A stretch of 44,286 nucleotides of DNA from a virus (taxonomy: Duplodnaviria > Caudoviricetes). The notes below the pieces were generated by a model that did not search any database, was not told the origin of the DNA, and worked only from the letters and a program-made list of their open reading frames with translations. The stretch lies in IMG/VR virus record IMGVR_UViG_3300012952_000033, positions 1 to 44,286 of that record. One strand, written 5' to 3'. Every line of letters begins with the position of its first letter. Position 1 is the stretch's first letter. Shown in pieces: positions 8,971-19,997 of the stretch. The translations under genes were made by a program, and so were the position numbers.

Positions 8971-10194
8971 ATGGCCCAACCAAATGGCGGTTTAATTACT
9001 GAGTCTAATTCGCAATATTATGCAGGTGCTCAAATGTTCATTGCTACAACAGATCAAACAACATTTACCACTACATTTAATACAACAATTACTTTTGGTA
9101 GTTCAGATCCTACAGCAGAAGCTTACAATGATAACAACTTTAGAATTTATACTAGTGCTAATGGTAATCCAGGTACATTTACAGAATATACTACCACATA
9201 TACAGTATTAGATAATGTGTTTACATTACCAGCTCAACCAGCTGGAACTTTTGTTGTTATACAGTTATTAAGTGAAACTGGTGGTCAATATGGTAATCAA
9301 GATGCTTTTGGTAAAACTACACAACATAATTATAATAGTTATTCATATATTAAAGTACAAGATTTAGTTAATAACTTTTTAGTGGGATATGTAGGTGCTG
9401 GTAAACTTATACCTAGTGTAAAAAGAACCGATGTAATATTTCATACTAAAAGAGCTTTACAAGAATTTAGTTATGATACATTAAGAAGTATTAAATCACA
9501 AGAGTTAACTATACCTCCTAGTTTAAATGTACCTATACCCCAAGATTATGTTAATTATGTAAATTTATCTTGGGTGGATGATATAGGTATAACACATATT
9601 ATTTATCCTACTACTTTAACTACTAATCCTTATACAAAACCTATACAAGATGCTCAAGGGATAGCAACACAAGATAACCAAGGGCAAAATTTAACTGGCA
9701 CATCGATAACAGAAAAAAGATATAAAGACCAAAACACGGAGATATTACAAGAAATACGTGATGATATAACAGGTAGGCTTGTGGCTGATGGATTATATGG
9801 TTGGTATGGTAATTGGTTTTATGGTTATGGTCAAAGATATGGTTTACAACCTGAAGTATCTCAAATGAATGGTACTTTTACAATAAATGATCGAAATGGT
9901 ACATTTGCTTTTTCTAGTGATTTAAAAGATAAAATTATAGTATTAGAATATGTATCTGATGGATTAGCATATGAAGAAGATATGCGAGTGCCTAAATTAG
10001 CTGAAGAAGCTGTATATGCTTATTTAAGTTATGCTATTTTAGCTAGTAGAATAAATCAACCTGAGTATATAGTACAAAGACTTAAACGAGAAAAAACCGC
10101 AAAACTACGAAACGCAAAAATAAGATTATCTAATTTGAAATCTAATGAGTTTGTTCAAATAATGAGAGGTAAATCTAAATGGCTTAAATTCTAA
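8971..10194 (+). CDS. Tail ring/structural protein with Thr-rich N-terminal domain
   Basis: 407 aa in the tail module. RALQEFSYDT, PQDYVNYV and LEYVSDG motifs resemble crAss-like ring proteins. Confidence 0.6.
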   Translation: MAQPNGGLITESNSQYYAGAQMFIATTDQTTFTTTFNTTITFGSSDPTAEAYNDNNFRIYTSANGNPGTFTEYTTTYTVLDNVFTLPAQPAGTFVVIQLLSETGGQYGNQDAFGKTTQHNYNSYSYIKVQDLVNNFLVGYVGAGKLIPSVKRTDVIFHTKRALQEFSYDTLRSIKSQELTIPPSLNVPIPQDYVNYVNLSWVDDIGITHIIYPTTLTTNPYTKPIQDAQGIATQDNQGQNLTGTSITEKRYKDQNTEILQEIRDDITGRLVADGLYGWYGNWFYGYGQRYGLQPEVSQMNGTFTINDRNGTFAFSSDLKDKIIVLEYVSDGLAYEEDMRVPKLAEEAVYAYLSYAILASRINQPEYIVQRLKREKTAKLRNAKIRLSNLKSNEFVQIMRGKSKWLKF

Positions 10195-10199
10195 ATTAA

Positions 10200-13100
10200 A
10201 TGGCAGAAGTTAAAAATGCTTTTATTAAATCCAAAATGAATAAAGACCTGGATGCCAGGCTTTTACCAAATGGGGAATATCGTGAAGGAGTTAATATACA
10301 AGTAAGTAAATCAGAAGGTGCCGACGTAGGAGCGTTAGAAAATGTTTTAGGTAACAAACTTCTTATAGATTTTAAAACTTTAAGTGGTTGTAATTGTAAT
10401 CTTACAACTATTGGTTTATATACAGATGAAGTTAACGATAATATATATATATTTTTAACTGATTATGATGAAACTTTATCATCGACATATAATTTTCAAT
10501 CTTTAAATTATTCTTCTACAGCAAACAATTATATTTATGTTCACAACACTTCTAGTAATGAAACAAATTTATTAGTTACAGGTGCATTCTTAAATTTTTC
10601 TAAAAATTTCCCTATACTTTCTGTTAATTTATTAGAAGGTATTTTATTTTGGACAGATAATAGAAACCAACCTCGTAGAATTAATGTAACTTTAAGAAAA
10701 GAAACATATGTTGCAACCCCTCCTTATTATAATTCAGAAGATCAACTCTCAGTAGCTACATATGCGCCTTTTCAATCTATACAATTATACCATAAAAGAG
10801 ATGCTTCTTTTTTACCAAACGGAGGTTCTGCTTTAACAGATGGAATAACAACTACAGGTAGCAGCACAATACTATTACAAGCTGATAATAGATTAGGATT
10901 AGCTAGAGAATTAGGTGTAGATAAAACATTAATTGGTGCTACTATAACAGCTGTAGATGCAGCAGGGGTAACTGTACCAGGTATTCCTGCAGATACGGTT
11001 TTACAAAGTTTTGCAAATGGTAATCAAATAACTATAATAGATAGATCTAATTTATCTACCGGTACACCTTTAGCTACAACCACGGTAGATATACCTGCAG
11101 GTACTACAATTTATTTTAACCAAAACACATTAACAGCGCTTACATCACCAAGCTATTGGGTAACAAGTATGGAAGATGCTAGCACGCCGATGAACCCTGG
11201 CGGTACATACAACGAAGACTTTCCTGGTTTAACAACTAATCCAAATTACAACCCAAAATTTAATGGAGATCCTGATTTTTTAGAAGATAAATTTGTAAGA
11301 TTTAGTTATCGTTTCAAATATTCTGATGGTAATTATTCTGTTATGGCCCCGTTTACACAACCAACATTTATACCTAAACAAGATGGTTATTTTATAGGTC
11401 AAACCACACCAACAGGTAATACTACAGATGAGCAAGCTACATATAGAAGTACTGTTGTTGATTTTATGGAAAATAAAGTTAATAATATATTTTTACAAAT
11501 ACCATTACCGTTAGATAAAGATAACAATGGTATTCAAGCTATAAATTTATTTGATACTTTAAAAATATCTGAAATAGAAATTTTATATAAAGAATCAGAT
11601 GCGTTAGCAGTACAAGTTGTAGATGTTATACCACAAACAGGGAATACAGGGTATGAAAGATTTAATACTTCTACAACTATAGAATATAATTATCAAGGTA
11701 GTAAACCTTATAAAACTTTACCAGATGATGAATTAATTCGAGTATATGATAAAGCTCCAGTTAGAGCTCATACTCAAGAAATAATTAGCAATAGATTAGT
11801 TTATGGTAATTTTCAAAACAAACATACTCCACCAGAAACATTAGATTATAATGTAGCTGTATCTGATAAATATACAACTTTTGTTGCGGATGATCCTACG
11901 GTACCACGACCTATTGAAAGAACAGTATCAAGAGAATATCCAATGCACACTGTTAAACAAAATAGAAATTATCAAGTAGGGGTTATATTGTCTGATCGAT
12001 ATGGTAGAAGCTCTACAACTATATTATCGTCTGTTAATACACAAGCAACAGATAGTGATAATTTAACATTATTAGGAGATACTGTTTATTTTCCATATAA
12101 TGAAGTTTCTAACACAACAGCTAATGAAAATAGAATACAACAATGGCCAGGAGATTCTATTAAAATACTTTTTAATACCCCAATAAAAGAAAATGTACCT
12201 GCTAATATTACTACAGGTTGGCCAGGTTTATATAATGGAGATCCTACTAGCGCAGAATATAATCCACTTGGTTGGTATAGTTATAAAATAGTTGTTAAAC
12301 AAACAGAACAAGAATATTATAATGTTTATTTACCAAGCATTATGAATTTTTATCCTAACCTAACAGCTGCTCAACAGTCTACCGCACCTGATCCAGCTGA
12401 TACAGTTTCATTTATTTCTCTTATAAATGATAATATAAACAAAGTACCTAGAGACTTATCTGAAGTTGGTCCAGAACAAAGACAATTTAGAAGTTCTGTA
12501 CAATTGTTTGGTAGAATAGCACCACATGCAAACGCTACACCTACTTATAATTATCAATTTAATCCAGTAAATACTGCTACTAACATTGCTATACCAGATA
12601 CAGTATCAACTATATCTGATCAAAATAATATGTTTGATAATACAACAGGTACTAAATATGGATCTATATATCAAACAGTTTCAAACCCTTCTTTAGCAAG
12701 GGTATCTATAGGTAATTCAGCAGATCCTATTGGTACAAAAGCTACAACTAATGTTACTGATGATCAAACTCAGTTTTTAAGTATTTATGAAACACAACCA
12801 GTTGAATCAAGATTAGATATATATTGGGAAACATCATCAGCTGGTACAGTATCTGAGTTAAACACAGCTATTAAAGAAGGTTCTGCAGTAATTAAAAACT
12901 TTACTACAGATACAAACATGTCTTTAGCTCCTGATACTTGGACATTTAATTTAGCTGAAGATATTACTCCAACTGCATCACCAACAGCAACATATAGTAA
13001 TGGTTTATATACACCTTTACCTTTCTTTCCTTATACATCTGACGCTTCAGGAGTAAAACTACCTGTAATAAATAGCAACATTGATACAACTTCAGGTTTT

Positions 13101-15641
13101 TCAGTTATAAATGGTAATGGAGAAAATGTAACAAATAAGTTTACATTAACTAGAACAGCAGGAGATGGTGTAAGTAATCCTGATACATATTTAATAACTA
13201 TAAATAATACATTTTTTTATTATAGTCCTAATTCACCAGTAGAAGATTCTTTTACTTTTAATTTTACTGTACAAAACAACGATAGTGGTTTACAAAATGG
13301 ATTAACAACACAAATAGCTTTAACAGAAAAACTATTTAATGTTGCGCCTATAATAACATGTACAAATCCTATTATAGCACAACCGGGAGCAACTACAATA
13401 CACGAGTTTATTGGTGTTAATGGTAGTCAAGATAATAGTAAAAACCAAGAAGATTTAACTTGGAATATGACACAAACACCTGTAGATCCTGCTAATGGTA
13501 TACCAGCTTTAGTAATAGATCCTTTAACAGGTATAGTAACAGACCCTACAGCTACGCTTAATACACCAGTAACTTTAACAGTTACATTAAGTGATGCGGG
13601 TACTGCTGACACAACAATAGGTGGGATAGCAGATGGTACTTGTATAACAGTTGTAAATGGTAATCAAGGATATGAAACATTTGCATTAAATGATAGTTTT
13701 TATAGTATTAAAAATATATGTATAAATCAAGCATCTGAATCATCCGGTTTTTATTGGGCTGCAGCTACCACAGGTAGCACTAACCCTGTTACTACAACTC
13801 CTTTACCTCCAATTAGTAGAGAACCTAAAGGTGGTTTATCAAACACCACAGTGGCTGCACCTTGGAGTGTAACTACCAGCGCAACTGATTGTACGGGATG
13901 GACGTGGACTAATTCTAATAGAAATGCTAAAGTAACAATGGGTGAAACTAACTCTGGTTTAGGTTCAACATTATATAATAGCCCTGCTGGCGTAGTGTTA
14001 AACGGTAGAACAGACTGTGCAACAACAGGTGGTAGTAGTGCTGTGCCAGCTGGTATTACAGCAGGCACTACAGATACACCCGGTGGTAGTGCTTATATTA
14101 TTGTAGATTTTGAACTTGGTAACTATAACCAAGCTCCTAATGATAGACCTGGTGTAATATGGCCCACTTATTTACAATATAGACAAGATGTTAATTCACC
14201 TTGGCAAACAGCAAAAGATATAGAAGGTAATACAATTCAGTTTGGAGGTGCACAAGCTAATACATATTATAGAGCAACATCAAATAGTTCAGTAATTATA
14301 GGCGATCCACCTAGTTCTTTTTCAAACACAGGTGTTAAAGATCAATTAAGTTCAGCTATTACACAGGAAGGTACAGGGTCTACTCCATCTAAAAATGATA
14401 GCTTTGAATCTTGGATGGAATCAAAACAAAATGTAACAGATCCAGAGTTAGTAACAATAGGTAGAAAATTATTTGTTGTTGGTAGAAATCAAGCGTTTAG
14501 AGAACCATCTGGAACAGCACCAGCTGACGCCCCTGATCAATTTGGTGAATATAGACTTGTAACAAGGTATCCTTATGGTACTAATATATCACCAACTAAT
14601 TCTATATCAGTAACTAACCCTAAAATACCAACGCTAAGTCCATTTAATTGTCCTATAGATGCTTATTCTGATTATTTAAATGCCCAAGAAAATCAAAGAA
14701 TATATTTAAGTTTTGGAGATTTTTATAATCCAGTTCAACTTGCGTCTAGTTATGGTAATGGAGCAGTACAAGGTGTAGAAAAAACACCACCATCTTCATT
14801 TGCATACAGAATAACAAAAGGAGGATCGGATTCAAGGACAGAGGCAGAAATACAAGCAGTCGAAGATGTAGTATATGCAAGAGAATGGGCATTTAAATAT
14901 GTATCTCAATTTTATGCAGATCCTCAATTAACTGTACATTGGAATCCAGGTACGTCCGGTACTAAATGGTTTGCATATTCAGGAGAAGATAATGGTTTGT
15001 TAAATGTAGAATGGGGTAATGAATATAGTTCTACAAGAAATGGTGCGCCTATATTTACGTGCCCAACTTGTCCTAATCCTAATTACACGTATGGATCATT
15101 AAGTTCAGCAAGAGATATGAAATGGTCAGCTCAATTTGATCAATATGGTAAAAAAATTATTAGAACAGCTCAACCATGTGTAGCTACTTTAGATCCAACA
15201 ACAGGAGGAAACGCAGGTACACCAGCAGCTCCTGCTTTACCACAATTTGGACCAATGACTATAACTAATCAAAGCGCAAGTGGTACAGTTGTTTTAACAC
15301 AAACAGTATCAGCTGCTACTGCTAATTCTACTTGTAATATTAGTGATTTATTTCAAAAAATAACAAATGGCGCATCTTTAGATAGTCAAGCATTAATAAC
15401 GGGTGGACAATCTACTTTTCCACTTAATTTTCAATCACCTAATGCTTTACAAGGTTATCCTAATATAGGTACTATAAATATAGGTTCGAATTCTCAAGCT
15501 ACATATACAACTAGTCCAGGAGGAGGATTTGGTCAAGAAATAGAAGTAAGATTAACTGGGGTAAGTACAACTTTAGGAGCTTTTCAAGCTGGTACTTCTG
15601 CTCAAAACTGGTATATAGCTGGTCCTAACACTTGTAGTTAA
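10200..15641 (+). CDS. Tail muzzle/stabilisation protein (N-terminal part) fused to a long Thr/Pro/Gly-rich Ig/adhesin-like extension
   Basis: N-terminal KMNKDLDARLLPNGEYR..GALENVLGN, LFWTDNRNQPRRIN and FSYRFKY motifs of podovirus nozzle proteins. The C-terminal half is beta-rich and low in charge. Confidence 0.65.
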   Translation: MAEVKNAFIKSKMNKDLDARLLPNGEYREGVNIQVSKSEGADVGALENVLGNKLLIDFKTLSGCNCNLTTIGLYTDEVNDNIYIFLTDYDETLSSTYNFQSLNYSSTANNYIYVHNTSSNETNLLVTGAFLNFSKNFPILSVNLLEGILFWTDNRNQPRRINVTLRKETYVATPPYYNSEDQLSVATYAPFQSIQLYHKRDASFLPNGGSALTDGITTTGSSTILLQADNRLGLARELGVDKTLIGATITAVDAAGVTVPGIPADTVLQSFANGNQITIIDRSNLSTGTPLATTTVDIPAGTTIYFNQNTLTALTSPSYWVTSMEDASTPMNPGGTYNEDFPGLTTNPNYNPKFNGDPDFLEDKFVRFSYRFKYSDGNYSVMAPFTQPTFIPKQDGYFIGQTTPTGNTTDEQATYRSTVVDFMENKVNNIFLQIPLPLDKDNNGIQAINLFDTLKISEIEILYKESDALAVQVVDVIPQTGNTGYERFNTSTTIEYNYQGSKPYKTLPDDELIRVYDKAPVRAHTQEIISNRLVYGNFQNKHTPPETLDYNVAVSDKYTTFVADDPTVPRPIERTVSREYPMHTVKQNRNYQVGVILSDRYGRSSTTILSSVNTQATDSDNLTLLGDTVYFPYNEVSNTTANENRIQQWPGDSIKILFNTPIKENVPANITTGWPGLYNGDPTSAEYNPLGWYSYKIVVKQTEQEYYNVYLPSIMNFYPNLTAAQQSTAPDPADTVSFISLINDNINKVPRDLSEVGPEQRQFRSSVQLFGRIAPHANATPTYNYQFNPVNTATNIAIPDTVSTISDQNNMFDNTTGTKYGSIYQTVSNPSLARVSIGNSADPIGTKATTNVTDDQTQFLSIYETQPVESRLDIYWETSSAGTVSELNTAIKEGSAVIKNFTTDTNMSLAPDTWTFNLAEDITPTASPTATYSNGLYTPLPFFPYTSDASGVKLPVINSNIDTTSGFSVINGNGENVTNKFTLTRTAGDGVSNPDTYLITINNTFFYYSPNSPVEDSFTFNFTVQNNDSGLQNGLTTQIALTEKLFNVAPIITCTNPIIAQPGATTIHEFIGVNGSQDNSKNQEDLTWNMTQTPVDPANGIPALVIDPLTGIVTDPTATLNTPVTLTVTLSDAGTADTTIGGIADGTCITVVNGNQGYETFALNDSFYSIKNICINQASESSGFYWAAATTGSTNPVTTTPLPPISREPKGGLSNTTVAAPWSVTTSATDCTGWTWTNSNRNAKVTMGETNSGLGSTLYNSPAGVVLNGRTDCATTGGSSAVPAGITAGTTDTPGGSAYIIVDFELGNYNQAPNDRPGVIWPTYLQYRQDVNSPWQTAKDIEGNTIQFGGAQANTYYRATSNSSVIIGDPPSSFSNTGVKDQLSSAITQEGTGSTPSKNDSFESWMESKQNVTDPELVTIGRKLFVVGRNQAFREPSGTAPADAPDQFGEYRLVTRYPYGTNISPTNSISVTNPKIPTLSPFNCPIDAYSDYLNAQENQRIYLSFGDFYNPVQLASSYGNGAVQGVEKTPPSSFAYRITKGGSDSRTEAEIQAVEDVVYAREWAFKYVSQFYADPQLTVHWNPGTSGTKWFAYSGEDNGLLNVEWGNEYSSTRNGAPIFTCPTCPNPNYTYGSLSSARDMKWSAQFDQYGKKIIRTAQPCVATLDPTTGGNAGTPAAPALPQFGPMTITNQSASGTVVLTQTVSAATANSTCNISDLFQKITNGASLDSQALITGGQSTFPLNFQSPNALQGYPNIGTINIGSNSQATYTTSPGGGFGQEIEVRLTGVSTTLGAFQAGTSAQNWYIAGPNTCS

Positions 15642-15674
15642 GTAATATTATAAAGAAACATGCAATAATAAATT

Positions 15675-17156
15675 ATGGCGGCAACATTAGAAGTAAAATT
15701 TTTTAATTCTTTTATACTTAGAAAGACTTTAAATGACACCACTAACCCTGCACCGGCTGAATGGAATGGGTCTAGAGGTGATGCTACATATCCTGCTATA
15801 ACAAACAATCCTGATAATGAAAGAGATTGGGCTATAGAAGAATCAAGAATAAGAGGTGGATATAATAATACATATTGTGGTCAAGGTGTAAGAGCTTATT
15901 TAGTAGAAGATAATCCTAATATGTCTTTAAGAATTAACTCTATGATTTATTCTGGTATATTTAATGCTAGAACAGGTATAAATGATACTAATGTATTTCC
16001 AGTTGGAGAAGATATTACAAAAAGTGTAGATCCGGCAAATGGTAGTATACAAAAGCTTTATGCAGAAGATAATTACTTAATTATATTCCAAGAAAAGAAA
16101 GTTAACAGAGCACCTATAGATAAAGACATTATATATACAGCTGAAGGTACACCAAACGTTACCACATCTAACACTGTTATAGGTACAGTACAAGCTTTTG
16201 TTGGTAATTTTGGTATTAGTAAAAACCCTGAAAGTTTTGCTGTATATGGTAGAAGAAAATACTTTACAGATAAAGATAGAAATGCTGTAATGAGACTATC
16301 ACAAGATGGTTTAACTGAAATATCTAATTATGGTATGATTGATTTCTTTAGAGATCAGTTTGCTAATATGGGTAATGGTAAACTAACAGGTGGTTGGGAC
16401 ATATATAATAAACAGTATGTGTTATCTATACAACCTGAATTTTCATCTGTAGATTATAAAACATTATCATTTGATGAACAAGTACAAGGTTGGACTAGTT
16501 TATATACGTATAAACCTGGTATGATGTTGAGTTTAAAAAATAAATTTTATACCACAGGCCAATCAACTGTAGATGCTTTAGATACAGCAGGTTTATATCA
16601 ACACTACATAGCTACACAACCAAGATGTCAATTTTATGGAGTAGACAATGATGCTTCTATAGAATTTATATTTAATCCTAATGTAAGTGTATCTAAAGTA
16701 TTTAAAACAATTAACTATGAAGGTAGTAATGGTTGGGAAGTTGATAGCTTTATATCTGACTCAACAGGTATAGGTAGTATAAATACAGATTTTGAAAATT
16801 ATGCTACAACAAACACTAACGATAGTGTAGCGTTTATAAGAAGTTATAATGAAGGATCATATGATAACTTTGGTAATACGTTTGCAAATTTAACAACAAC
16901 ACCTATTACAGCTAATACTACAGCTTTAATACCACCTATTAATCATGCTGGATTTGACAGAAAAGAAAACAAATATGTTACTAATCTAGTTAATGATAGT
17001 GCAGCCGCACCAGGTGAAGTAGTATTTGGTAATCAAATGACAGGTATAAAAGGTTATTTTGCAACAGTAAAAGTATCCACAGATACATTAACCGATCCAG
17101 GTGGTATGAAAGAACTATTTGCAGTATCATCTGATTTTGTAGAATCAGCATATTAA
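15675..17156 (+). CDS. Tail muzzle/stabilisation protein (C-terminal beta-propeller part)
   Basis: EESRIRGGYN, IYSGIFN, GSIQKL, FGISKNPESFA and KVFKTINYEG motifs resemble the C-terminal half of crAss/P22 gp10-like nozzle proteins. Confidence 0.65.
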   Translation: MAATLEVKFFNSFILRKTLNDTTNPAPAEWNGSRGDATYPAITNNPDNERDWAIEESRIRGGYNNTYCGQGVRAYLVEDNPNMSLRINSMIYSGIFNARTGINDTNVFPVGEDITKSVDPANGSIQKLYAEDNYLIIFQEKKVNRAPIDKDIIYTAEGTPNVTTSNTVIGTVQAFVGNFGISKNPESFAVYGRRKYFTDKDRNAVMRLSQDGLTEISNYGMIDFFRDQFANMGNGKLTGGWDIYNKQYVLSIQPEFSSVDYKTLSFDEQVQGWTSLYTYKPGMMLSLKNKFYTTGQSTVDALDTAGLYQHYIATQPRCQFYGVDNDASIEFIFNPNVSVSKVFKTINYEGSNGWEVDSFISDSTGIGSINTDFENYATTNTNDSVAFIRSYNEGSYDNFGNTFANLTTTPITANTTALIPPINHAGFDRKENKYVTNLVNDSAAAPGEVVFGNQMTGIKGYFATVKVSTDTLTDPGGMKELFAVSSDFVESAY

Positions 17157-17160
17157 CAAA

Positions 17161-17619
17161 TTGAGTATAATAAAATTTAATAATAAAATAGCAACATTAA
17201 CAAAAAATGTATTAGAACATAAATCTAATAAATTTTTAAGCCATAATAATGGTAAGTTAATTAGAAAAAAAGGTCATTGGGGTAAACTTAAACATGAGTT
17301 TGTTCCTGGTATTTATTTAAGACAAATGATTTTAAATGAAGGGGCTTTAATAGTTGGGGCTATCCATAAAAGAGATCACGTTTGGTTTTTACTAGAAGGT
17401 TTTATTACCATTGTAGATCAAAATGGTGAAGAACATTATGAAGCACCATATGTAGGTTTTTCTAAAGCAGGAACACAAAGGGTAATTAGAGCTAATGAGT
17501 TTTCTATTTTTCAAAATGTGTTTCAAAACCCTACAAACAAAAAAAAATTAGATTATGTTGAAAAATATAATTATGCTTTAACACCTGAAGAATATGAAGA
17601 ATATATTAAAAATAAATAA
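17161..17619 (+). CDS. Cupin-fold protein
   Basis: HEFVPGIYLRQM..G..IVGAIHKRDHVWFLLEG.I.I and SKAGTQRVI fit a double-stranded beta-helix. TTG start is uncertain. Confidence 0.6.
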   Translation: MSIIKFNNKIATLTKNVLEHKSNKFLSHNNGKLIRKKGHWGKLKHEFVPGIYLRQMILNEGALIVGAIHKRDHVWFLLEGFITIVDQNGEEHYEAPYVGFSKAGTQRVIRANEFSIFQNVFQNPTNKKKLDYVEKYNYALTPEEYEEYIKNK

Positions 17620-17622
17620 ACT

Positions 17623-18405
17623 ATGATGTGTTTAGAAACATTTGCAGAACCCACAATGTTGTATAGCACTGGAGCAATAGTAGCAGCTTCTATAGGAGCT
17701 GTATCAGCTATTGGTAGTGCAATTTTTGGGGCATCAGCTTCACGAAGAGCTGAAAGAAGAGCGGCAAAAAAAAGAATGCAGTTAGAAGGTCAACTAAGAG
17801 TATTAGAAAATAACAGACAAGAGATTATAAATCCATATGCAGATGTAACAGATCTTTCTAGTATGGTAAAAGATTTAAGTGGAATGATGAGTAATCCTTA
17901 TTCTTCTTTAGGTGTAGCCACAACAGCTGCTGAAATACAAATGGAGCAATCTGATATTGCATTAGCAAACACACTTGATGCTTTACAAGCAAGCGGCGCA
18001 TCAGCAGGTGGTGCTACAGCTTTAGCTCAAGCTGCTTTACAAAGTAAACAAGGTGTTGCTGCTAATATAGAACAACAGGAAGCTCAAAACGAAAAACTAA
18101 GATTAGAAGGAGAACAACAACTTCAACAAACAAAAATGAGTGAAGCTTTAAGGGTTCAAGGAGCATTAATGGGTGAAGCTGCTAGGATGCAAGAGGTAGA
18201 TGTAAAAGGTAAAGAGTTTGTTTATGGAGAAAAAGAACGAAGAGAAACAGAACAATTAAATAGAATACAAGCACAAATTACAGGACAACAACAAGCTCAA
18301 ATGGCGGCAAGACAACAAGGCACAGCTGCTATTACAGGTGGAATGACAGCATTTGCAGGTGTTGCTGGATCTGCTGCTAGTAATCCTGAAATATGGAAAG
18401 GCTAA
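17623..18405 (+). CDS. Putative ejection/pilot (internal virion) protein
   Basis: Gly/Ala-rich hydrophobic termini with a Q/A-rich coiled-coil centre, located before the large internal proteins. Confidence 0.6.
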   Translation: MMCLETFAEPTMLYSTGAIVAASIGAVSAIGSAIFGASASRRAERRAAKKRMQLEGQLRVLENNRQEIINPYADVTDLSSMVKDLSGMMSNPYSSLGVATTAAEIQMEQSDIALANTLDALQASGASAGGATALAQAALQSKQGVAANIEQQEAQNEKLRLEGEQQLQQTKMSEALRVQGALMGEAARMQEVDVKGKEFVYGEKERRETEQLNRIQAQITGQQQAQMAARQQGTAAITGGMTAFAGVAGSAASNPEIWKG

Positions 18406-18416
18406 AAATATAAAAT

Positions 18417-19997
18417 ATGGGAGCATACGAAAATCCAATTACAGTAATAGATACAGAATCAGCTAAAATGTGGCAACAGGCTTCAGCTAACATTGCACAG
18501 TTTTCTATCAATACAATGAATGCTATTAATGCTAGAAAAACAAAAGAAGCTAAAGAACAAGAAGCAGAGGCAACTGATAGAACAGCTATGGCTATAGAAA
18601 ACCAACAAGCTGTTATTGATAGAATTACAAGAGCTGGTGTAAAGAGTGATGCCTATTTTCAATATGGAATGGCTTTAATGGATGATGTTACTAGACTTCA
18701 AGGTGACTTAAAATATTTTAGTGGAACTGAAGAAGAAAAATCCGCAATGCTCAGTGAATTATCTGATAAACAAAAAAACATAAGTCAGTTAGTTACTCAA
18801 GGTGCTGAAGTGCAAGATGCTATAGGAGATTATTTAAAAAGAAGAGGTGTTGGAAAAGACGGAAAAGAAGCTTCACCTGATACACCAAATGGTATGGTTA
18901 TGGTTGGTAATGAAAAAATGGTTCGTTATCATAAAGTAATGGGTGCATTAAGTGGTTTAGATAAAGGTGCTTTAGAATCTGTATATATGAAAAATGGTGC
19001 TTTATATGCAAAAATTGAGGGTGTAGAAGGAGAAGTAAACTTATCAACAGAAACTAAATTTGATACAGGTGAAGTTATTGATTCATCTAAATTAATTAAA
19101 GACGCGTTGGTTGATGGTGGTATTGTAGATAATAAAAATAATTATAATCAAAAAAAGTATTTAAACCAAGATCTTGTAGATGTAGTGACATCAAAAACCC
19201 CTACAGGTAAAACAATTCAAAAAACAGTTATACCTTATGATATAGATAGAATAACAACCGACGCTTTAATGGCTATAAATAATCAAGGTTTAGCAGTATT
19301 AAAATCTCAAGATGAAAACTCAATACGAGGGTGGTACATGTTAAATGCTGGTGAAAATGCTGGCAAATTAAACTTTGTTAATGAAGTAGGTGGTGTTAAT
19401 AAAACTTTAGATGAAGAATCTACAAAAAAATGGTTAGATGTTTGGAATAGAGAAGGTAAAAAACAAATACCTGATTATGTTGAGATAACAGACGAAAACG
19501 TAGATCAATTTAATGACGCAGTGGTTGGACAATATAGATTAAATTTAAAAGCTAAACAAGGTGATGCAAAACTTTTAACGCCTGATGATGATGATACAGA
19601 CAAACCAAAACCATATCAAGTAAGAGCTAGTGAAGACTTTGATGACTTTATAAATAATCCTACGGGTTTTGTAGAAAAATATTTACAAGGAGGTGATACT
19701 ATTTCACAAAATGGTAATATTATAACTGTTTTTACTCAACCAAGAAAAGAAAATGAAAAAGTAAGTAAAGAAATTTATGATATTACTAACCCTAATGATA
19801 TATTTAAACTTTTTTATGATGAAATAGAACAAGGTAATGCTGAGATTGACAACAACTATAGAGCTGAAATACAAAGACTTGCTAAATCGTTTAACAAAAA
19901 AAATCCTGAAAAAAGTTGGAGACCATCTGATCGTTTAAATCCAAAGGGTAAAAACTGGACATATCAAAAATATCAAGTTAACGATAATACACAATAA
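18417..19997 (+). CDS. Putative internal virion/ejection protein
   Basis: 526 aa between the pilot-like and giant genes; stop overlaps the next ATG (TAATG). Confidence 0.55.
   Translation: MGAYENPITVIDTESAKMWQQASANIAQFSINTMNAINARKTKEAKEQEAEATDRTAMAIENQQAVIDRITRAGVKSDAYFQYGMALMDDVTRLQGDLKYFSGTEEEKSAMLSELSDKQKNISQLVTQGAEVQDAIGDYLKRRGVGKDGKEASPDTPNGMVMVGNEKMVRYHKVMGALSGLDKGALESVYMKNGALYAKIEGVEGEVNLSTETKFDTGEVIDSSKLIKDALVDGGIVDNKNNYNQKKYLNQDLVDVVTSKTPTGKTIQKTVIPYDIDRITTDALMAINNQGLAVLKSQDENSIRGWYMLNAGENAGKLNFVNEVGGVNKTLDEESTKKWLDVWNREGKKQIPDYVEITDENVDQFNDAVVGQYRLNLKAKQGDAKLLTPDDDDTDKPKPYQVRASEDFDDFINNPTGFVEKYLQGGDTISQNGNIITVFTQPRKENEKVSKEIYDITNPNDIFKLFYDEIEQGNAEIDNNYRAEIQRLAKSFNKKNPEKSWRPSDRLNPKGKNWTYQKYQVNDNTQ

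Noticed and set aside
9020-9211. 63-aa +1 ORF in the ring-protein gene
   Set aside because: Lies over a Thr-rich tract (ACA/ACT codons give no +1 stops) with no GC3 shift. It shows that ~60-aa +1 ORFs can arise by chance.
10247-10259. CCTGG-ATG-CCAGG mini-hairpin near the start of the muzzle gene
   Set aside because: Only a 5-bp stem with a 3-nt loop; insufficient evidence without homolog covariation.
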